DNA from: Octopus bimaculoides
Lineage: Eukaryota
NCBI RefSeq assembly: GCF_001194135.2
Contig: NC_069007.1
Location: 3,420,178-3,472,071 of the forward strand
Length of the DNA: 51,894 nt
Direction of reading: 5' to 3'
Every line of letters begins with the position of its first letter. The first letter of the stretch is position 1. The notes beneath the pieces were generated by a model. That model searched no databases, had not been told where the DNA came from, and saw nothing but the letters and a program-made list of their open reading frames with translations. Shown piece by piece: positions 50,223 to 51,894 of the stretch. The translations under genes and the position numbers were made by a program.

Positions 50223-51039
50223 GATAGGCAAAGATGCTGGTAATCGAGTTGGAATCGGGCAACGTATAATGAATGCTCAACGCTCGTGAATAATTAACAG
50301 GATTTTATTTTATCGCACAAATAATTTCCATGTTGGTCATGAATAAGAAATCGTAACAACAAAGTTTACCCACTGGAGAGTATATTATTTTGCTCTTACA
50401 GATAAAAAGGTTCTGCAATTAAGCTGCCACAACAGAAGAAAATATACACACTAGGTTCATGTCAGTGAACTGAAGTTGGACGTGGTAACGACTGTTTAAA
50501 AGTAGCAAAATGAGTATAGAGTTAGCTTAGCTGTGGGTAGCCACAAACTGGCGTTTGGCGCTCAAAACGTGTCAATTTATAGGCCTCGAAGGAGAATATA
50601 CTGGAGGCTTCTAGAAAGTTGCATTACGTGATGTCTTGCTAATTTACTAACCCAGAATGACGACTAACTTGGCGGGAGAACCTCGGGAGAGCTGCGGAGC
50701 CGTCTAAGAAACATTATAAGCCCTGGACAAATCAATGCATTGGGCGCCATGGTATGTATTTATTGATAGCAAACCAAAGCATTCATAGATCAGAATTGGA
50801 TCCTTAAACCCATGAAGTTCCTGGACAAATCAATGCACTGGGCCATGTAGTATTTATTGGAAGCAAGCTACAGCCTCTACAGATCAGAAGGACCCAATTC
50901 TCACCCAGTGAGTCTATGCCTTAAGACGGCACTGGGTAGCATTGAACTCCAGAGATACAATATACGAACGTACCCTGCTGGATATATCGACATTCACTAG
51001 TCACTGCTCTGCTAACTTGTGAGTGAATCCATTGAGACA

Positions 51040-51804
51040 AAACCTATGGGAGGATATCCTGGAAGAAAGGGAACGAAAAAGCTGCAGCAAACAGCTTTAA
51101 TGCGATTTATGAGAGAATGGGTTTCTGGCGGCCCCTTGAAGCCGTAGGTGGGAAGGTACCAAGCATCTCGGCTCACTCTTACCATTAGCTCTACTCTTTT
51201 CAAAGCGAAGACAGTGATATTAGGAAAGATGCATTCTTAATATCACTGTAAAGCTTCGTTGCATAGCAAAGTGGATCGTAGATCTTGAGTCTCTTAATAT
51301 GTCGGGCATCAGAGGAGATCTGAGGGCGCTGAAAACTTCAACTTACAATGTGACCTATCAAATGTCTTGGACAATGGTCATTGTCAACTGTTTGCTCCAG
51401 TTAGGCAAGAGCCGAGAAAAGGTGGTCTAAAAATAGTCCAGTCACCTCCTTTCAAGGTCAGGAAACCGCGCCTGTAAAGACATTTCACACAACAATTGTT
51501 GAAACGTAAGTACAACATCATTCAGGCTTGTCACGTGAGAATATACGGAGGCCGGAGGTTTTTCAGGATCAGTGAACTGAGAGGATAAAATGTGGATATC
51601 GTTGCACTCTAAAAGACTATGCTATTTGGGGAGAGCTCTCGCTTGCGTTGATAAGAGATATAATTTCATACGGGGGGTTACCACATGGATTCCTATCACA
51701 CCAACATGGCGTCCGCTTTGCTGTGAGAAACTGATTGCTGTTTAAACTGGCTGGAGACCAGTCGGCGGTAATGAACGGCTAATGTTACCTTATGTTCCTT
51801 TTGC
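51040..51804 (+). mobile_element. RTE LINE 5' region and start of APE endonuclease, decayed
   Basis: NVDIVAL*KTMLFGE...HGVRFAVRN*LL.KL..PVGGNERLM..VPF matches the RTE AP-endonuclease N-terminus (VDIVALQETR..GVGFAVR..NERLM). It is cut by a SINE at about 51805. The 5' boundary is uncertain. Confidence 0.7.
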
Positions 51805-51894
51805 GTGGAGGCGCAATGGCCCAGTGGTTAGGGCAGCGGACTCGCGGTTTCGATTCCCAGACCGGGCGTTGTGAGTGTTTATTGAGCAAAAACA
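51805..51894 (+). mobile_element. SINE family C head, truncated by the window end
   Basis: GGAGGCGCAATGGCCCAGTGGTTAGGGCAGCGGACTCGCGGTTTCGATTCCCAGACCGGG, with A and B boxes. Confidence 0.85.

Noticed and set aside
51805-51865. tRNA gene (also 9811-9870 and the family A/B heads)
   Set aside because: A and B boxes are present but run straight into SINE bodies repeated in the window, and I see no complete cloverleaf.

Overview
AT-rich, microsatellite- and retroposon-dense eukaryotic DNA with about 3.7 kb of N gaps. The repeat families look like those of an Octopus genome (recognised from memory, not searched). I can identify only one host coding exon: the first coding exon of a ceramide synthase (CERS5/6, Lag1/TLC family) on the minus strand at 46293-46492, ending in a phase-2 GTAAG donor. 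I found no downstream CerS exon, so most of the window is probably one very long intron, or exons lie in gaps or were missed. The rest is at least five SINE-like families, decayed RTE LINEs, one RLE-type (R4/Dong-like) LINE, mariner/Tc1, hAT-like and piggyBac-like MITEs, a 57-bp minisatellite and many microsatellites. The best leads are two CpG-rich patches sharing an NRF1-like 14-mer (about 19.9 kb and 31.0 kb), loss of the conserved CerS N-glycosylation sequon, a same-strand head-to-tail retroposon array at 40-43 kb and an (AAT)n-flanked RLE LINE. I did not find a convincing novel multi-gene system. Almost all ORFs in the supplied track are microsatellite or gap artefacts. Repeat boundaries are approximate unless a target-site duplication (TSD) is quoted. 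Family letters A-E are my own labels.
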